Below, in pieces: positions 40,989 through 50,935 of a DNA stretch of 64,000 nucleotides (position 1 is its first letter; each line of letters opens with the position of its first letter). The notes under the pieces are model-generated. The model had not been told where the DNA came from. It saw nothing but the letters and a program-made list of their open reading frames with translations, and made no database searches. The translations under genes and the position numbers were made by a program. Source of the stretch: an uncultured virus (IMG/VR IMGVR_UViG_3300047480_000789) (Duplodnaviria; Heunggongvirae; Uroviricota; Caudoviricetes); IMG/VR virus record IMGVR_UViG_3300047480_000789; one strand, given 5' to 3'.

Positions 40989-41768
40989 ATGAAAAATATA
41001 ACAGTATTATTACCGGTACACACAATCGAGGGAAGTTATGAAGAAATGTTAAACAATGCGGTTAAATCCGTTGAAGATTTTCACAACGACGTGATTCTTT
41101 CAATTGTTTGTCCAAAAAACGTTGCAGATAACTTAGGTACACTATCGGATAAATTAGAAATTAAAATTGTGATTAATGAAGGTCAAACTGATTTTTGTTC
41201 ACAAATTAATTTAGGTATAGACAAATGTGAAACTGAGTGGTTTACAATTTTAGAAATTGACGATGAATTTAAATCAGTTTGGTTAAAAACTGTAAATCAA
41301 TATACTAAGGCAAATACCGATGTGGACGTATTTTTACCAATAGTTCGTGACATTAATGAAGAAGGTAAGTTTATTTCATTTACAAATGAATCTGCTTGGG
41401 CTTATGGATTCACGGAAAAACAAGGTTTTATTGATAATGAAGTTTTATTAGATTTTCAAAATTACCAAATTAGTGGTGGATTATATAAAACGTCTGTCAT
41501 CAAAGAAAATGGTTCCTTAAAAGAAAATATTAAATTGACCTTTGGTTATGAATTCTTATTGAGATTAACACATAATGGTGTTAAAGTAATGACAATGCCA
41601 AAGATTGGATATCAACACCTTAACTTTAGAGAAGATTCATTATTTTGGAGTTATAAAAATAATGAGACAACTAAATTGACCGAAGACGAAGTTAAGTTTT
41701 GGTTAGAGGCGGCGAAGAAAGAGTTTTTCTTCAAAAATAAACGAGATGTAAATTATGAAGTAGTTTAA
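40989..41768 (+). CDS. Glycosyltransferase, GT-A fold (GT2-like)
   Basis: ITVLLPVH...NAVKSV...INLGI...EWFTILEIDDEF...YEFLLRL. Confidence 0.8.
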   Translation: MKNITVLLPVHTIEGSYEEMLNNAVKSVEDFHNDVILSIVCPKNVADNLGTLSDKLEIKIVINEGQTDFCSQINLGIDKCETEWFTILEIDDEFKSVWLKTVNQYTKANTDVDVFLPIVRDINEEGKFISFTNESAWAYGFTEKQGFIDNEVLLDFQNYQISGGLYKTSVIKENGSLKENIKLTFGYEFLLRLTHNGVKVMTMPKIGYQHLNFREDSLFWSYKNNETTKLTEDEVKFWLEAAKKEFFFKNKRDVNYEVV

Positions 41769-42466
41769 TGCCAAGACCAAGAACCCAAAAGATATACTTT
41801 GGGGAGGATCAAGAACAAGCGGTAGTACGATATTTAGAGTCCGAATCCGATGATGAAAGAAATAAGATATTCAATGAATATTTAAGAGAACCCCTAATTA
41901 TAATGGTCGAATCAATTATTCGACGTTATAAATTATACAGAAAAGATATGGAATTCGAGGAAATCCATACAGATACTATGTCTTTTCTAATTACGAAAAT
42001 TAATAAATTCGACCATACTAAAAACACCAAGGCCTATTCGTATTTTGGTACCATTTGTAAGAATTATCTTATGGGGGCAATACAAAAAGATACGAAAGAA
42101 CAAAATCGAAGTGTGTCGTATGATGACATTTCTTCCGATATGGAAGAGAGTCCACATTTATCATATGTCATCGATGAACACGTGATTGATTATCGAGATG
42201 TTATAATAAAACTCACGATGAATTTAGAGGATTTTGTTGAAAATCAAAACCTTACAGATAACGAGAGAAAATTAGGATATGCCTTACTTGAAATTTTCAG
42301 TAATTTCGATAAAATTTTTCAAGTCGGCGACGGTAATAAATTTAACAAAAACCTGATTTTACTCTCATTAAGAGAAATGACATCACTATCAACCAAAGAA
42401 ATACGAGTTTCATTAAAACGATTCAAAAAGTTATATGACGGTATTTTAGGTGGATTTTTAGAATAA
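41768..42466 (+). CDS. Phage sigma-factor-like protein (candidate late sigma, gp55-like)
   Basis: KINKFDHTKNTKAYSYFGTICKNYL resembles sigma region 2. Confidence 0.65.
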   Translation: MPRPRTQKIYFGEDQEQAVVRYLESESDDERNKIFNEYLREPLIIMVESIIRRYKLYRKDMEFEEIHTDTMSFLITKINKFDHTKNTKAYSYFGTICKNYLMGAIQKDTKEQNRSVSYDDISSDMEESPHLSYVIDEHVIDYRDVIIKLTMNLEDFVENQNLTDNERKLGYALLEIFSNFDKIFQVGDGNKFNKNLILLSLREMTSLSTKEIRVSLKRFKKLYDGILGGFLE

Positions 42467-42480
42467 ATCTATTTATAGGT

Positions 42481-42861
42481 ATGAGAGAAAGAAAAAACAA
42501 TATTACTTTAGATGTTGACTCTGCATTAGCATTGATGCAGGAAATATACAACGATGTTGTTGAAAACAGAAACACTGCGTCAATCATTATGAAAAAGATG
42601 ATGAGTTTTATGAAAGACGCTGAGGATATGAGTGTTATTGGTCCTGTCATTAAAGAACAACAAAAAATTCTAAACGATTGTACTGAAAAGAAAATTTCGT
42701 TAGTTAAACTGCAAGGAGCATTGTTAAAACAGACGCAAGGTACTGGTAACGGTAAGGGAGGACCAATGGGTAAATTAAGTCTTTCTGATGAAGATTTAGA
42801 TTTAATTGACAAATTGGTTAAACACGACCAAGATAAGAAAAGTGATAATTATATACTATAA
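42481..42861 (+). CDS. Hypothetical coiled-coil protein
   Basis: 126 aa; TATTTATA at 42470-42477. Confidence 0.65.
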   Translation: MRERKNNITLDVDSALALMQEIYNDVVENRNTASIIMKKMMSFMKDAEDMSVIGPVIKEQQKILNDCTEKKISLVKLQGALLKQTQGTGNGKGGPMGKLSLSDEDLDLIDKLVKHDQDKKSDNYIL

Positions 42862-44810
42862 TGAGTGTTAAAGATACCATCTCAAAACTTAAGGCAAAAA
42901 TTGATGTCATTCAGAAAACTTCGGATGACAATAGGAAAGATCTTGAGAAAAAAATAAATGAGATGGACTTTAGTGGTTTACCTGACTTTAATAAAAAAGG
43001 TAAACGTTTGGAAGGTTTAAAATCTAAAAAAAAGAATACAAAGTTAAAAAAACAAAATGACAAAAACATTTTTGAAGAGTTAATTAGTGTATTTGATAAA
43101 ATTTTAGAATCCGGTCGTAAGGTTGAAGAAGTAGGGATTAATCAATCCAATCAAAGATTGAAACAACACGTTTTAGATTCAATCGAGGTAACTCGACACT
43201 CCGCAAGACAAATCGTGATGGATTGTGTTAAAGATGCGTTTTTTGCCAACGACGGTATTTGCGGAGGTAATTCTGTATTATCGGGTTCTACTATGGACTC
43301 CGTTAATATAAGTCCCAAGGAAATTGATTTCTTAAATATGTTAAGAGTTGACCCTAAAAGTGACTACGGTAAAATAATGTATGAATTACCTAAAATAGTT
43401 AATAACAAAGAAAAAGTTAATTTAGGACTATACAACGCGTTTACTTCTCCGTATTATCAATACGACACCCCAAGTAATAAAACATTGTTCAGAGCAACTT
43501 GGAAGCCCGAAAATCAATGGTTTGAACTTACTGGTTTAACTCAAGGACCAAGTTTTGGTCAATATGGTACTGTTAATGTTTATGATTTTTTTAACGATTA
43601 TTACTCAAATATTGAAATGCCTAATTTGGGTCATATCATTAAAAATGCTATGTTATTAACACTTAAGGCTTGTGATATTACTGCGGATAAAAACGGTATA
43701 TCAGTTGGAGGTAATGTAACGGGAATGGACTCTTCATTAAATTGGGATTCATCTTTAGATGAAGCAATTAATAATTTAGAAAGAATGATAAATAAAATTT
43801 TTGCATTCTGTAATAATAACGGTAACCCTGGACTCAAAGTTCAAAATGCGTCTAAGTTATTTAATGAAAATGAAGAAAACCAAGATTTTTATTTTGATTT
43901 TGACGATGTTGAAGGTATCGATTTAGAAGATGAGGACGCTAGACGTAGAAAAGTTTTGAGATTTAAAGATTGTAATAATTATGAGGTCCCGTATAATCCG
44001 AGTCATATGGAAGATTTTGTTTATTTGGAGAACCGAATCAATAATCGAGATTGGATTGACGGTGCACTAAATAAAGCGGCGTCCGACGCATATGAACAAT
44101 CTGATTTTAGTATCGATTTACCTAGTTTTAAAATTTCATTAAATCTATCATTTATTATTAATTTACCTAAGGCGTTGGTTATGAGTATAATATCACCAAA
44201 AATGTTTATACCGATTGTTGCAATTTATAAATTATTTGCGGCAACGTCTAAAGACGTAATTGTAGATGTTAAAGTTCTAATGAAAAAATTAAAGAAATTA
44301 TTTCTGTGTATTATCGATAAGTTATTTTGGAAATTCATTAGAGAATTTTGGAAAAGAGTTAAGGCAGATTTAAAAAACTTCTTAGAAAAAGTAATTAAAA
44401 GAATCTTAAGAGAAAAATTAAAAAGGTATTATATTGTAATTGCAGCCTTGGTTGCACTACTTAAAAAAATAATTGAGGACGGTATTGACAATTGCCAAGA
44501 TTTATTTGAGGCAATATCGATGGCGATAGATGCTGCGTTGGATGCGTCAGGTGGTCTATCGATACCATTTCCGTTATTATCATTAGCGGGTGCTTTACCT
44601 GGATTTAGTTCAGTAAAAACACATATGGATACTGTTGAAAGAATGTCTAAAATGGGTATACCTACAGGTGACGTTAATGGAGAGGCAAATTATCACTTAT
44701 TATCACACGCAGCAGCAACCGAATCTATGGGGATGGCGTTAAGTAAGGCACCGATTATTGTTGCAACAACATTTAGTGGATTACCGTCATATGGATTATT
44801 AAAACCTTAA
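42861..44810 (+). CDS. Hypothetical late protein, probably baseplate-associated
   Basis: 649 aa; in the operon with the spike gene. Confidence 0.6.
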   Translation: MSVKDTISKLKAKIDVIQKTSDDNRKDLEKKINEMDFSGLPDFNKKGKRLEGLKSKKKNTKLKKQNDKNIFEELISVFDKILESGRKVEEVGINQSNQRLKQHVLDSIEVTRHSARQIVMDCVKDAFFANDGICGGNSVLSGSTMDSVNISPKEIDFLNMLRVDPKSDYGKIMYELPKIVNNKEKVNLGLYNAFTSPYYQYDTPSNKTLFRATWKPENQWFELTGLTQGPSFGQYGTVNVYDFFNDYYSNIEMPNLGHIIKNAMLLTLKACDITADKNGISVGGNVTGMDSSLNWDSSLDEAINNLERMINKIFAFCNNNGNPGLKVQNASKLFNENEENQDFYFDFDDVEGIDLEDEDARRRKVLRFKDCNNYEVPYNPSHMEDFVYLENRINNRDWIDGALNKAASDAYEQSDFSIDLPSFKISLNLSFIINLPKALVMSIISPKMFIPIVAIYKLFAATSKDVIVDVKVLMKKLKKLFLCIIDKLFWKFIREFWKRVKADLKNFLEKVIKRILREKLKRYYIVIAALVALLKKIIEDGIDNCQDLFEAISMAIDAALDASGGLSIPFPLLSLAGALPGFSSVKTHMDTVERMSKMGIPTGDVNGEANYHLLSHAAATESMGMALSKAPIIVATTFSGLPSYGLLKP

Positions 44811-44812
44811 AA

Positions 44813-45016
44813 ATGGAAAGTAAAAAATTAATAGAAATAGCCGAAGATGTTGAAAATAAATCAAATAACGATTTATTAACAGTGGCAAATGAGTTATACG
44901 AAGAATTTGAAAGTACTAAACAATTAATTGTGGATTTAACCAGACATTTAGACGGTGTAGAAAGTTTATATAATAAGGTTAATAAGGAAATAAAAAAAAG
45001 AATAGAAGGTAAATGA
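44813..45016 (+). CDS. Small coiled-coil hypothetical protein
   Basis: 67 aa, translationally coupled to the next gene. Confidence 0.6.
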   Translation: MESKKLIEIAEDVENKSNNDLLTVANELYEEFESTKQLIVDLTRHLDGVESLYNKVNKEIKKRIEGK

Positions 45017-46548
45017 AGATAGTAGATATTGGTAAATGTATTGACAATGTTGACCCAAAGGGAATGGGTAGAATACGTGTTAAACGTTACAACGATATGG
45101 GTGGTCAGATTGAAAATGCAATAGATTATGAACCTTGGAGTGAACGTGATTTATTTGTTGCTTCACCATTTTTACCAACAAATATTAATTTCATACCTGA
45201 AATTAATCAATCGGTTAAAATTATCACATACAATACCGAAAAAAGTACTGTCAACGTTGAATACATTGCTGGTCCGTTTACAACGATGTATGATTATCAT
45301 TCTCAGACATTTTCACAACAAGTTACTAACACAACATACGGTAATAGTGTAAAAATAAAACCGGCAATTCGTAATTCAAATGGTCAATATATTAACGATA
45401 AATCTGAAAATGTATTTGCAAATGAAACTGATTATGCAATATATGGTAAATTTGGGTCCGATCTTTTATTTACGGAAAACGGATTACAATTAAGAGGAGG
45501 TAAATTACTTTCAAAAGAGGCGGCAAGTGAATTAAACAGACAAACAATGGTCGATTATCCATTGTTGGCAAAAAAAGCTGCTAAAATTTATCTAAAGAAA
45601 TTTCCTAAAAAAATGACTTTAGATAGTAAGGTGGTTAAAAAAACTGTAGTTGAGAATAAAGACTTATCATACATTGTTGAGTATGAAGTTAATAATGTTT
45701 CACCAACAACCGGAAATACGTCCACGATTAGTTTTTATGTTTATAAAGTGACAAATCCAAATGGTGACACATTTAAAACTAATTTTTTTACCGAATTTTC
45801 AAGTGCACCTAATTCTTCAGTTAAATTAATTAATATAGATAACAGCAGTTCAACACCAACATTTCAAATTACCGGTGTTACAGATGTGAGTGATGTGTAT
45901 CGTGAGATTAGAGATAAAATCTATAATTTGCACGAAAAAGGATTAAAAGGTTTTGATTTTTTATATGATATTGCCGATTTACCTGAAGACATACACCCAT
46001 TCTTTTTTAGACCGACTAATGTTTTTAAAAATAAAACTTATACGAACACAGGTGAAACCTTTAATAAGAAAGTAATTTTAAGAAACATTAACGTTAGACG
46101 GATTGGACCATCAAGTGGTTTGATTTGGTCGAAAGAAAAGGCAAGAATTGAATCGAAAGAAATTGAAAGTGTCGAAGAATATATAAAATTAGACCCTAAT
46201 AGTCCCGAACAAACATTTGGTGCAATAACTGCGGATAAGGTTTATTTATTATCCACCGATTTGGGTGATAACGACACTTCAACACCTGTTCCATTTTTAG
46301 ATTTAAATGGGTACGATTATAAACAAGAAGATTATATAAATCTAATTGAACCTAATACATTTTCGACGGTTAGAGGTGAAAACCTTATTGCCGTTTTAGA
46401 GGCTATTATTAAAGTTCTTTATTCACACGTACACAATCCCTTAATGCCTATTTCAGGACAATCTGATTATCAAGATGGTAACTCATTATTAAACTTAGTT
46501 AAAACGTTAGAAAATGACATTTTAAATAAATCGATTAGAATCAACTAA
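45013..46548 (+). CDS. Baseplate central spike (gp5/gpV-like)
   Basis: N-terminal DNVDPKGMGRIRVK OB-fold signature; C-terminal HVH (HxH) metal-binding tip motif. Confidence 0.75.
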   Translation: MKIVDIGKCIDNVDPKGMGRIRVKRYNDMGGQIENAIDYEPWSERDLFVASPFLPTNINFIPEINQSVKIITYNTEKSTVNVEYIAGPFTTMYDYHSQTFSQQVTNTTYGNSVKIKPAIRNSNGQYINDKSENVFANETDYAIYGKFGSDLLFTENGLQLRGGKLLSKEAASELNRQTMVDYPLLAKKAAKIYLKKFPKKMTLDSKVVKKTVVENKDLSYIVEYEVNNVSPTTGNTSTISFYVYKVTNPNGDTFKTNFFTEFSSAPNSSVKLINIDNSSSTPTFQITGVTDVSDVYREIRDKIYNLHEKGLKGFDFLYDIADLPEDIHPFFFRPTNVFKNKTYTNTGETFNKKVILRNINVRRIGPSSGLIWSKEKARIESKEIESVEEYIKLDPNSPEQTFGAITADKVYLLSTDLGDNDTSTPVPFLDLNGYDYKQEDYINLIEPNTFSTVRGENLIAVLEAIIKVLYSHVHNPLMPISGQSDYQDGNSLLNLVKTLENDILNKSIRIN

Positions 46549-46572
46549 TTTGATATTTATTAATAAAAAGAG

Positions 46573-47943
46573 ATGTCATATTTCCGTTCATATTTCGAAA
46601 AAAATAATACGATAATCAAGGATTCCTTGGTTAACACTGCCAAAAACCCAACCACTGAGATTTTTTATGGTACGGGATTTTCTAAATTCTTATTTAAAAT
46701 TGATTTCACCGATTTATTAAGTAAAGTAAATAATGGTGAATATGTGATTGATGAGAATACAAAACACACATTAAATTTAACAAATTGTATTTTTGGTGAT
46801 GAAGGTTTTAAAGGTCAAAACCGCGCAACGAGTAGGGATAGGGCAACGTCATTTGATTTAATTTTATTTAAAGTACCTGAATTTTGGGATGAGGGTGTGG
46901 GATTCGATTATTCCGACGATGGATTTGATTATACGAGGGGAAATAAAACATACGACCAGAGACCATCGAATTGGTACAATAGAACAACAACTAACACTTG
47001 GACTGATGTTGGTGTTTATACCACATCTCCTGAGATTATTTCAACAATAAGTTTTGACAATGGAAATGAAAATATAAACGTTGATATAACCGATTACGTA
47101 AATGGTATTTTAACAGGCGATACTGATAATGGATTAGGGTTGGCTTTTAGTTTAATATTTGAATTACTATCACCTGATAATGACCAATCCGTTTCATTTT
47201 TTACAAAATACACACAAACATTCTTTGAACCTTTTGTTGAGTCATTTTTTGATGATAGAATAGAAGATAATAGAAGTCAATTTGCGGTAAATATAAGTCA
47301 AAATTTATACTTATACGTAACCAAGGGAGGTAACTTTTATGATTTAGATACTTTACCTACAGTGGATATCACTGATTCGTTAAATAATCCAATATTTGGT
47401 TTAGATGAACTATTTGTCACAAAAGTTAAAAAGGGTGTGTATAAAGTGTCATTTGGAATACCGATTAATCTTTGTGACGGTAAAAAATTCTATTATGATA
47501 ATTGGTATAATTTAAATATTGATGGGGTTTCGATACCTAACGTCACACAAAAATTTGTACCTAAACCTTATACATCACAATATACGATTGGTACAAATCA
47601 AACTGAGATAGAACGTTATAAAATACAATTCTTTGGGGTAAAACAAAATGAAAAGATTAAACGAGGTGAAAAGAGAAAAATTGTAGTTTTATTTAAATCT
47701 ATTAATGACCCTAAAACGGTATTATTTAATGAGGTATATTATCGAATGTATATTAAGGAAGGTAGAACTAATGTTACAATACACGATTGGACCCAAGTGG
47801 ATATGACAAATGAAAATTCATTTACTTTGGATACGTCAATCTATATCCCTAGAGAATATTTTATTGAAATTAAAGGTAAAACTCACAATGAGGAAATATT
47901 CTATAACAACGAGATTCAATTTGAAATTATCTCGGAAAAGTAA
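46573..47943 (+). CDS. Beta-rich virion structural protein
   Basis: WDEGVG, SNW, VDITDYV, NGLGLAF; late motif upstream. Confidence 0.55.
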   Translation: MSYFRSYFEKNNTIIKDSLVNTAKNPTTEIFYGTGFSKFLFKIDFTDLLSKVNNGEYVIDENTKHTLNLTNCIFGDEGFKGQNRATSRDRATSFDLILFKVPEFWDEGVGFDYSDDGFDYTRGNKTYDQRPSNWYNRTTTNTWTDVGVYTTSPEIISTISFDNGNENINVDITDYVNGILTGDTDNGLGLAFSLIFELLSPDNDQSVSFFTKYTQTFFEPFVESFFDDRIEDNRSQFAVNISQNLYLYVTKGGNFYDLDTLPTVDITDSLNNPIFGLDELFVTKVKKGVYKVSFGIPINLCDGKKFYYDNWYNLNIDGVSIPNVTQKFVPKPYTSQYTIGTNQTEIERYKIQFFGVKQNEKIKRGEKRKIVVLFKSINDPKTVLFNEVYYRMYIKEGRTNVTIHDWTQVDMTNENSFTLDTSIYIPREYFIEIKGKTHNEEIFYNNEIQFEIISEK

Positions 47944-47956
47944 ACTATTTATAACA

Positions 47957-48562
47957 ATGGAATTAAATGAATTAATTAAAAAACACTTAAAATCTATCGT
48001 TAAAGAAAACGAAGATAACGGTGGTAACTATATGTTCTTTAGTAATTTAGAACAAATCAAAAGACAATGTGATTTATTATTGAGTTTCGACCAAAATATG
48101 ATAAATCAGTTGTTAAATAATGGTCACGATTGGGCTGATGATCACATATCGACAGCAAAAGAAAATATGGACCAAGTATTCGACTTCATAATGAATGAAA
48201 AAGAGAAGGGTTCTTCCCAAGAGGGTGATATGAATGAAGAATGTTGGAAAGGTTATAAACAAGTTGGTGGTAAAGTAAAAAACGGTAAAAACGTTCCAAA
48301 TTGTGTACCAACAAATGAAGCAAATAACCCTACACAACAGGCGGCAATTGCCATCAATATGAAGAAAAAAGGTGTTGAACCTAAAAATGAATCTGAGGGA
48401 GAAATTAATGAAAGTAAAAATAAACCGACTAATCCAAAATTATGGGCTCAATGTTTAGCGTGGGCCAGGTCAAAATATGACGTTTGTCCAAGTGCTTATT
48501 GTAATGGTGCTGCGGCTAAACGGTACAAATCTAAAGGTGGTGGATGGAGAAAAGAAAAATAA
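47957..48562 (+). CDS. Modular protein of short basic Cys/Trp domains
   Basis: Start ATG 47957 after TATTTATA; modules CWKGYKQVG...PNCVP and KPTNPKLW...PSAY...YKSKGGGW. Confidence 0.65.
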   Translation: MELNELIKKHLKSIVKENEDNGGNYMFFSNLEQIKRQCDLLLSFDQNMINQLLNNGHDWADDHISTAKENMDQVFDFIMNEKEKGSSQEGDMNEECWKGYKQVGGKVKNGKNVPNCVPTNEANNPTQQAAIAINMKKKGVEPKNESEGEINESKNKPTNPKLWAQCLAWARSKYDVCPSAYCNGAAAKRYKSKGGGWRKEK

Positions 48563-48563
48563 T

Positions 48564-49325
48564 ATGAATATTATAGTATCTAAAGAAGATAAAGATTATA
48601 TTAACGAATGTCTTGAATCAGGTGAAGTTTTGAAAGAAGATTTAAGAAGATGGTTTAAAGAAAAATGGGTTGACGTTAGTAGAAAGGTAAAAGGAAAACA
48701 CCCTCCTTGTGGAAGAAAAGATGCCAACGGTAAATCATATCCTAAATGTAGACCATCAAAAAAAGTATCGAAGGAAACACCAAAAGTTGCATCTTCATAT
48801 GACAAAAAAGAAAAAAGGGCAATGACAAGTCAAAAAAGAAGAGCCGAAAAAAAAGAACCTAAAGTGGGTAAAGGTAATAAACCTACTATGACACACTTTG
48901 ATGAACAAAACAATAGTTTAAAACGTAAAAATATGATTATATCAATCACAGAAGAACAATTTCAAAGATTATTTGAATTTAATGAAGAAACACCCGTTTT
49001 AATATATGAAGATGAATATGGTTCCGTTGAAAAAACAAACTTCGAATCTAATAATATGTTAAACGAGGCCGAATATCAAGGACGTAAAGTACAACTTGGT
49101 AAAATAATGCAAGGTGATGTTAAGAAATTTAAAGTTTACGTTAAAAACGATAAAGGTAAGGTTGTAAAGGTGAACTTTGGGTTTGGTGGAAAGTCCGCTA
49201 AAGGTAAAAGAATGGTTATCAAAAAGAACAACCCTAAAAGACGTAAATCATTTAGGGCTCGTATGAATTGTGATAATCCGGGCCCTCGTTGGAAACCGAG
49301 ATATTGGGCTTGTAAAACTTGGTAA
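48564..49325 (+). CDS. Modular basic protein with two Lys/Arg-rich domains
   Basis: Start MNIIVSKE; domains DLRRWFKEKWVD...CGR...YPKCRP and AEYQGRKV...VNFG...RRKSFRARMNC...RYWACKTW. Confidence 0.65.
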   Translation: MNIIVSKEDKDYINECLESGEVLKEDLRRWFKEKWVDVSRKVKGKHPPCGRKDANGKSYPKCRPSKKVSKETPKVASSYDKKEKRAMTSQKRRAEKKEPKVGKGNKPTMTHFDEQNNSLKRKNMIISITEEQFQRLFEFNEETPVLIYEDEYGSVEKTNFESNNMLNEAEYQGRKVQLGKIMQGDVKKFKVYVKNDKGKVVKVNFGFGGKSAKGKRMVIKKNNPKRRKSFRARMNCDNPGPRWKPRYWACKTW

Positions 49326-49335
49326 AAAAATTAAT

Positions 49336-50109
49336 ATGAACTTACAAGAGAATATACAAAGAATTAAAGAAATGATGATTTCTGAGGAGATGGTACAATC
49401 TGATGCTTGGAAATCACTAAAAAGCACGTTAGATATTCTTAAAACAAAGAAAAAAGTTTTACTATTAAGTTGTTCAAATAGACACAATTGGGATGATGAT
49501 AATATTGACATACCCAAGTCTAAAATGATTGCTATGTACCTTAATGAAGAATTGGGTAATAAATCGACCTTAATTGATGTATCCGAACTAAATATCGTTC
49601 CTTGTGAGGGTAATGTATCGAGAAAGGACGGTAACGGTTGTGGGGTTTTAAAATCCAAACTAAAAGATAAAGATAAAAACCCATCGGGTCAACATAGATG
49701 TTGGGCTAGTTTTAATAATCCAAAAGACGAACTTTGGAAAATAAGTAAAGAATTATTTGAATCGGACGTGGTTATATTTTTTAGCTCTATCAGATGGGGA
49801 CAAACAAATATGTTTTATCAAAATCTAATTGAACGTTTAACTTGGATTGAAAATAGACACACAACATTAGGTGAATCTAATTTAGTTAAAGATATTGAGA
49901 CAGGTTTTATTTGTGTGGGACAAAATTGGAATGGATCAAATGTAAACGATTTACAAAAGAAGGTACACGAATTCTACGGATTTAAAATAAATGATAAGTT
50001 ATATTGGAATTGGCAGTATTCTAAAGATATGAATGATGAGACGGAAAAGTCATATAAAGATTCATATGTAAAATTTTTAAAGGACACTAAACTATCTGAT
50101 TTTCAATAA
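49336..50109 (+). CDS. Flavodoxin-fold NAD(P)H-dependent FMN reductase-like protein
   Basis: KVLLLSCSNR, LNIVPCEG, SDVVIFFSSIRWG, LIERL; N-terminal extension MNLQENIQRIKEMM. Confidence 0.75.
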   Translation: MNLQENIQRIKEMMISEEMVQSDAWKSLKSTLDILKTKKKVLLLSCSNRHNWDDDNIDIPKSKMIAMYLNEELGNKSTLIDVSELNIVPCEGNVSRKDGNGCGVLKSKLKDKDKNPSGQHRCWASFNNPKDELWKISKELFESDVVIFFSSIRWGQTNMFYQNLIERLTWIENRHTTLGESNLVKDIETGFICVGQNWNGSNVNDLQKKVHEFYGFKINDKLYWNWQYSKDMNDETEKSYKDSYVKFLKDTKLSDFQ

Positions 50110-50567
50110 TAAATAACATTGATTCCACACTCACTCAGAAGTTGTTTGGCTTTACTTTGTGATTCTTCCCATTTTTCTTTATTTTTTGTGGTACAAACCT
50201 CCTTACAATACACTGTCTTTATACCTGAATTAACAATTCCCCTTGCACAATCCATACAAGGTAATCCAGATGTTAAATAAATTGTTGAATTTTTAAGGGA
50301 CACACCTTCTAATGCCGCGTTATAAATAGCATTACGTTCTGCGTGTTCTATCCAGAAGTATTTTTCAGGTCTTTCCTGACGTCCTTGTAATGAATCATCT
50401 AAACCTCTTGGGAATGAATTATAACCCGTAGAAAGAACGTTATTACCTTCGCCCACAACTACTGCACCTATCTGTGTAGATTGGTCCTTAGATTTAAGTT
50501 TAACCACTTCTGCAATCTCTAAAAAATATCGTACCCAATCCATTATATTAATTTTTGTTTTGACCAA
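50103..50567 (-). CDS. dCMP deaminase
   Basis: SKDQSTQIGAV, GYN, HAERNAI and PCMDC zinc motifs. Confidence 0.92.
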   Translation of the reverse strand: MVKTKINIMDWVRYFLEIAEVVKLKSKDQSTQIGAVVVGEGNNVLSTGYNSFPRGLDDSLQGRQERPEKYFWIEHAERNAIYNAALEGVSLKNSTIYLTSGLPCMDCARGIVNSGIKTVYCKEVCTTKNKEKWEESQSKAKQLLSECGINVIYY

Positions 50568-50857
50568 TAATAAACTACTCCGTTAGCGAATCTCATTAAA
50601 TTTCTTGCCTCTTTTTTTAACATTAGGTTACCGGCTTGGATTAAATGTGAACGATTATGTAAATCAATCCCAATAACATACCCACCATCAAATTTTTCAT
50701 ATGTGGTTTCTTTTATCGGAATTTGATATTTCCCCTCATCATCGAGTTTTAACATCTTTATCATTTCGTCTTTTTTCGTCTTACATTCTATACCTCTAGA
50801 ATATACTAACTTTTCTAAGACGTCTAACCTTAATTTACTGTAATCTACCTCGGCCAT
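50543..50857 (-). CDS. Hypothetical protein with a SAP/HeH-like N-terminus
   Basis: YSKLRLDVLEKLVYSRGI...KKDEMIKML; TATATTTG on the minus strand at 50861-50868. Confidence 0.55.
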   Translation of the reverse strand: MAEVDYSKLRLDVLEKLVYSRGIECKTKKDEMIKMLKLDDEGKYQIPIKETTYEKFDGGYVIGIDLHNRSHLIQAGNLMLKKEARNLMRFANGVVYYWSKQKLI

Positions 50858-50885
50858 ATGCAAATATACTAAATTTTTGACAAAT

Positions 50886-50917
50886 AAAAAACCCCCGTAT
50901 TTCTACGAGGGTTTTTA
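50886..50917 (-). terminator. Terminator after the major capsid gene
   Basis: AAAAACCCCGTA...TACGAGGGTTTTT hairpin. Confidence 0.7.
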
Positions 50918-50935
50918 TTATGATAAATCCTAAGA

